From: Bdellovibrionota bacterium | GTDB taxonomy: Bacteria; Bdellovibrionota; UBA1018; CAIPTA01; JAALKR01 | Reading direction: 5' to 3' | Assembly (NCBI GenBank): GCA_965207455.1 | Contig: CBDBMJ010000001.1 | Location: 384,001 to 448,000, forward strand | Length of the DNA stretch: 64,000 bases | In this document: in pieces, positions 61,629-64,000 of the stretch | How positions within the stretch are numbered: the stretch's first letter is position 1 | Layout of the letters: the number at the start of each line of letters is the position of its first letter | The notes under the pieces: generated by a model | The model's database searches: none | The model's input: the letters and a program-made list of their open reading frames with translations, nothing else | What the model was told of the DNA's origin: nothing | Made by a program: the position numbers and the translations under genes

Positions 61629-62586
61629 AGTAACAGATTCAGGAGGCCCGGAAGTTCTCGTTTACGAAGATCGATCCGATCCCACTCCAGGGGAAAATGA
61701 TCTCTTGGTAGCAACTGATGCCATTAGTGTGAATTTTATCGATCTCTATCGTCGGGAAGGACGCTACCCACAGCCACCTCCGGGTGTTCCGGGGGAGGAG
61801 GGGTCGGGTCGAGTGATTGCTGTAGGCTCTGGTGTCAGTGAATTTTCCGTTGGAGATAAAGTTGCGTGGACAACTGTTATGGGCAGTTACGCAGAGAAAG
61901 TGATTGTGTCAGTTGAAAAAGCCATTCACGTTCCAGAAGGAATAGACATGCAAACCGCTGCCGCTGCTCTTGTGATCGGAATGACTGCCCATTATCTCGT
62001 CTACGATTCCTATAAGGTGAAGGAAGGGGATACTTTGCTTGTGCATGCTGCGGCTGGGGGAGTGGGATCGATTCTTGTGCGAATGATAAAGTCGCTGGGT
62101 GGTCGAGTGATTGGAACAGTTTCTACTGAGTCGAAAGAAAAATCGGCAAGAGAGAATGGAGCGGATGAAGTGATCCGTTACGATCGGATTAAAGATTGGC
62201 CAGCAGAGGTTAGGCGTCTCACCGATGGTAAAGGTGTGGATGCCGTCTACGACGGGGTGGCCGCTGCCACATACAAGGGGAGCATTGCCTCTCTTCGGAT
62301 GCGAGGAACTTTAGTTCTTTTTGGAGGAGCCAGCGGTCCTGTTCCTCCTTTCGACATCATGGAGCTAGCATGGGCTGGTTCTTTAACTCTCACACGTCCC
62401 TATCTTGAGCACTTTCGCGCAACGAGGGAAGAATTTCTTTGGAGGGCAAATGATGTTTTTCAGGGCATACTTGATAATAAATTCGGCGTTACGATCGGTG
62501 GAACCTATCCATTAGCCCAAGCAGCTGATGCGCATAGAGATCTAGCTAGTCGCAACGCTAAAGGAAAACTTTTATTAATTCCGTGA
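61615..62586 (+). CDS. NADPH:quinone oxidoreductase (zeta-crystallin MDR family)
   Basis: GGPEVL, VNFID...R.G.Y, HAAAGGVG, GSLTLTRP, GKLLLIP; GGAG RBS. Confidence 0.9.
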   Translation: MKAIRVTDSGGPEVLVYEDRSDPTPGENDLLVATDAISVNFIDLYRREGRYPQPPPGVPGEEGSGRVIAVGSGVSEFSVGDKVAWTTVMGSYAEKVIVSVEKAIHVPEGIDMQTAAAALVIGMTAHYLVYDSYKVKEGDTLLVHAAAGGVGSILVRMIKSLGGRVIGTVSTESKEKSARENGADEVIRYDRIKDWPAEVRRLTDGKGVDAVYDGVAAATYKGSIASLRMRGTLVLFGGASGPVPPFDIMELAWAGSLTLTRPYLEHFRATREEFLWRANDVFQGILDNKFGVTIGGTYPLAQAADAHRDLASRNAKGKLLLIP

Positions 62587-62594
62587 GGTGATCT

Positions 62595-63446
62595 ATGAGT
62601 AAAATTGTTGGAGCTGGCCTGCTTTCTCATGCGCCAGTGATTATGTTTCCAGAGTCTGTGCGAATTGAAGCAAATGGCGGTCAAGACTTCACACTGGCTA
62701 CGGGGCTTAAGCGTTTACGAAGTGAAGTATTTGATCAAGTTGAGCATGATACGGTGATTGTTTTGGATACCCACTGGGCCACAACCACAGAGTTTGTGGT
62801 GTCTTCTCATAAAAATCGATCCGGCAAATTCACCTCAAGCGAAATGCCCATGCTTTTTCATCAAGTCCCTTACGATTTTTCTGGAGATCCAGAACTTGCG
62901 CATGCGATATGTGAAGAAGCCAACAATTCTTGGGCAGCTCCAGCAGATGATCCTTACCTTCCAATTCAATACGCCACACTCAACCTTCAATCCTACCTCG
63001 CCAAACCCAATCAAGCATGGGTTTCCATTTCGATTTGCCAGACGGCAACTACAGAGGATTTTCTTCGTTTTGGTGCTGCGATCTCTCGTGCCATTGAGAA
63101 AACAGGTCGACGGGTAATGCTTATCGCTTCAGGAGGATTGTCCCATGTGTTTCAACCCCTTTCAGTTTTGCGCGAACACATGGCCGGCGATCCAAAAAAT
63201 ATTATTTCAGAAGAGGCTCGCACAGCAGATCTGGAACGAATCGCTTGGCTTGAAGCTGGCAATCATAAGCAAGTTATAGAGACCATGTCAGATTATATGA
63301 AATTTGAACCAGAGGCGCGCTTTGGTCATTATTTAATGCTCGTTGGAGCTTTGGGAGGAAACGCCTGCACTCTTTCTGGCAAGCGATACAGCGACTATGA
63401 AAGTGGTATTGGCACTGGTCATATTCATCTTTGGTTTCAGCCATGA
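62595..63446 (+). CDS. Class III extradiol dioxygenase (LigB fold, HpaD-like)
   Basis: SHAP, V.DTHW, GDPELA, ASGGLSH, GTG...LWF, matching the HpaD-type layout. Confidence 0.85.
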   Translation: MSKIVGAGLLSHAPVIMFPESVRIEANGGQDFTLATGLKRLRSEVFDQVEHDTVIVLDTHWATTTEFVVSSHKNRSGKFTSSEMPMLFHQVPYDFSGDPELAHAICEEANNSWAAPADDPYLPIQYATLNLQSYLAKPNQAWVSISICQTATTEDFLRFGAAISRAIEKTGRRVMLIASGGLSHVFQPLSVLREHMAGDPKNIISEEARTADLERIAWLEAGNHKQVIETMSDYMKFEPEARFGHYLMLVGALGGNACTLSGKRYSDYESGIGTGHIHLWFQP

Positions 63447-64000
63447 AGACCATACTAATTACTGGAGCAACTTCAGGGCTTGGACGTTACCTAGCGGGGC
63501 GACTTTCTGATCATAAATTGCTCTTGCATGGTCGTAACCAACAGCGCACAGAAGAATTAGCAGCCCACCTCGATGCCCAACCGTACGTGGCAGACTTGAG
63601 TGATCTTTCTCAGGTGCGCAGGCTTGCAGGTGAAGTCCTTGCCGATCAATCCAAGATCGATATTTTAATTAACAACGCTGGAATTGGTTACGGTACTGAA
63701 CGGGAACTGTCTATCGATGGTCACGAGTTAAGATTTGCTGTAATGTACCTTGCTCCCGTTCTACTCACTCGCCTGATACTGCCTTCCATTACTTCACAGG
63801 TGTTAAACATCGGATCAGCGGGGCAAGAGTCCATCGACTTTGACGATATAAATATTGAGAAAAACTACAATGGAGTGACGGCCTACAGGCGAGCCAAACT
63901 TGCACTTGTCATGGCCACATTTGATCTGGCTCAATTGATGCCCAACCTGAGGGTGAATGTCATACATCCAGCAACCTATATGGATACGAATATAGTTCGT
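63443..64000 (+). CDS. Short-chain dehydrogenase/reductase, runs off the window end (not in the ORF track)
   Basis: Manual translation MKTILITGATSGLG...DILINNAG...AYRRAKLA...HPATYMDT; ATGA overlap with upstream gene. Confidence 0.9.
   Translation, partial: MKTILITGATSGLGRYLAGRLSDHKLLLHGRNQQRTEELAAHLDAQPYVADLSDLSQVRRLAGEVLADQSKIDILINNAGIGYGTERELSIDGHELRFAVMYLAPVLLTRLILPSITSQVLNIGSAGQESIDFDDINIEKNYNGVTAYRRAKLALVMATFDLAQLMPNLRVNVIHPATYMDTNIVR

Noticed and set aside
58267..63446. 4-hydroxyphenylacetate catabolic operon (hpaB + hpaD)
   Set aside because: Coupled to pvcAB and an amidotransferase, with no hpaEFGHI or transporter visible; cannot be fully excluded beyond the window end.

Overview
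Bacterial chromosomal window, most likely from a Bdellovibrionota/Oligoflexia-like organism. This is an inference from BamA ending FMIGPPF, tandem S8-CUB proteases, the LGYxSGQFISNxERG XRE protein, a REC/HD-GYP protein and a ferrooxidans-type GshA. It has five parts. (1) 1-26.3 kb is core/envelope backbone: rnr, two subtilases, long PhhA, LpoB-like/COG3014 lipoproteins, a catalytically degenerate NagB-PIG-L fusion, amidase, ribF, lpxC with a sigma54 motif, HCF101-like Mrp, lysS-lolE-lolD, bamA and tRNA-Ala(TGC). (2) 26.3-37.8 kb is an accessory stretch of exported proteins: a three-member family with 13-residue Cys periodicity, a 1874-aa Ig-like-repeat/RCC1 surface lipoprotein, and a Tat intradiol dioxygenase with LysR. 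(3) 37.8-44.7 kb is backbone again: gshA-cbs-cgl, rpmG, ogt, DTW protein, ferredoxin. (4) 44.9-55.9 kb is an AT-rich defence island: DUF2779 nuclease plus Dsr1-like sirtuin, an IS3 remnant, a complete IS4-like element with 9-bp target duplication, and an orphan Shango SngA-like TerB protein. (5) 56.1 kb to the window end is a translationally coupled isonitrile biosynthetic operon (pvcA-pvcB-pvcC-asnB-qor-hpaD-like-SDR...). It extends the paerucumarin core with an amidotransferase, an extradiol ring-cleavage dioxygenase and reductases, and is the best candidate for an undescribed system. All family calls come from motif recognition by eye; no searches were run and GC statements are visual impressions.
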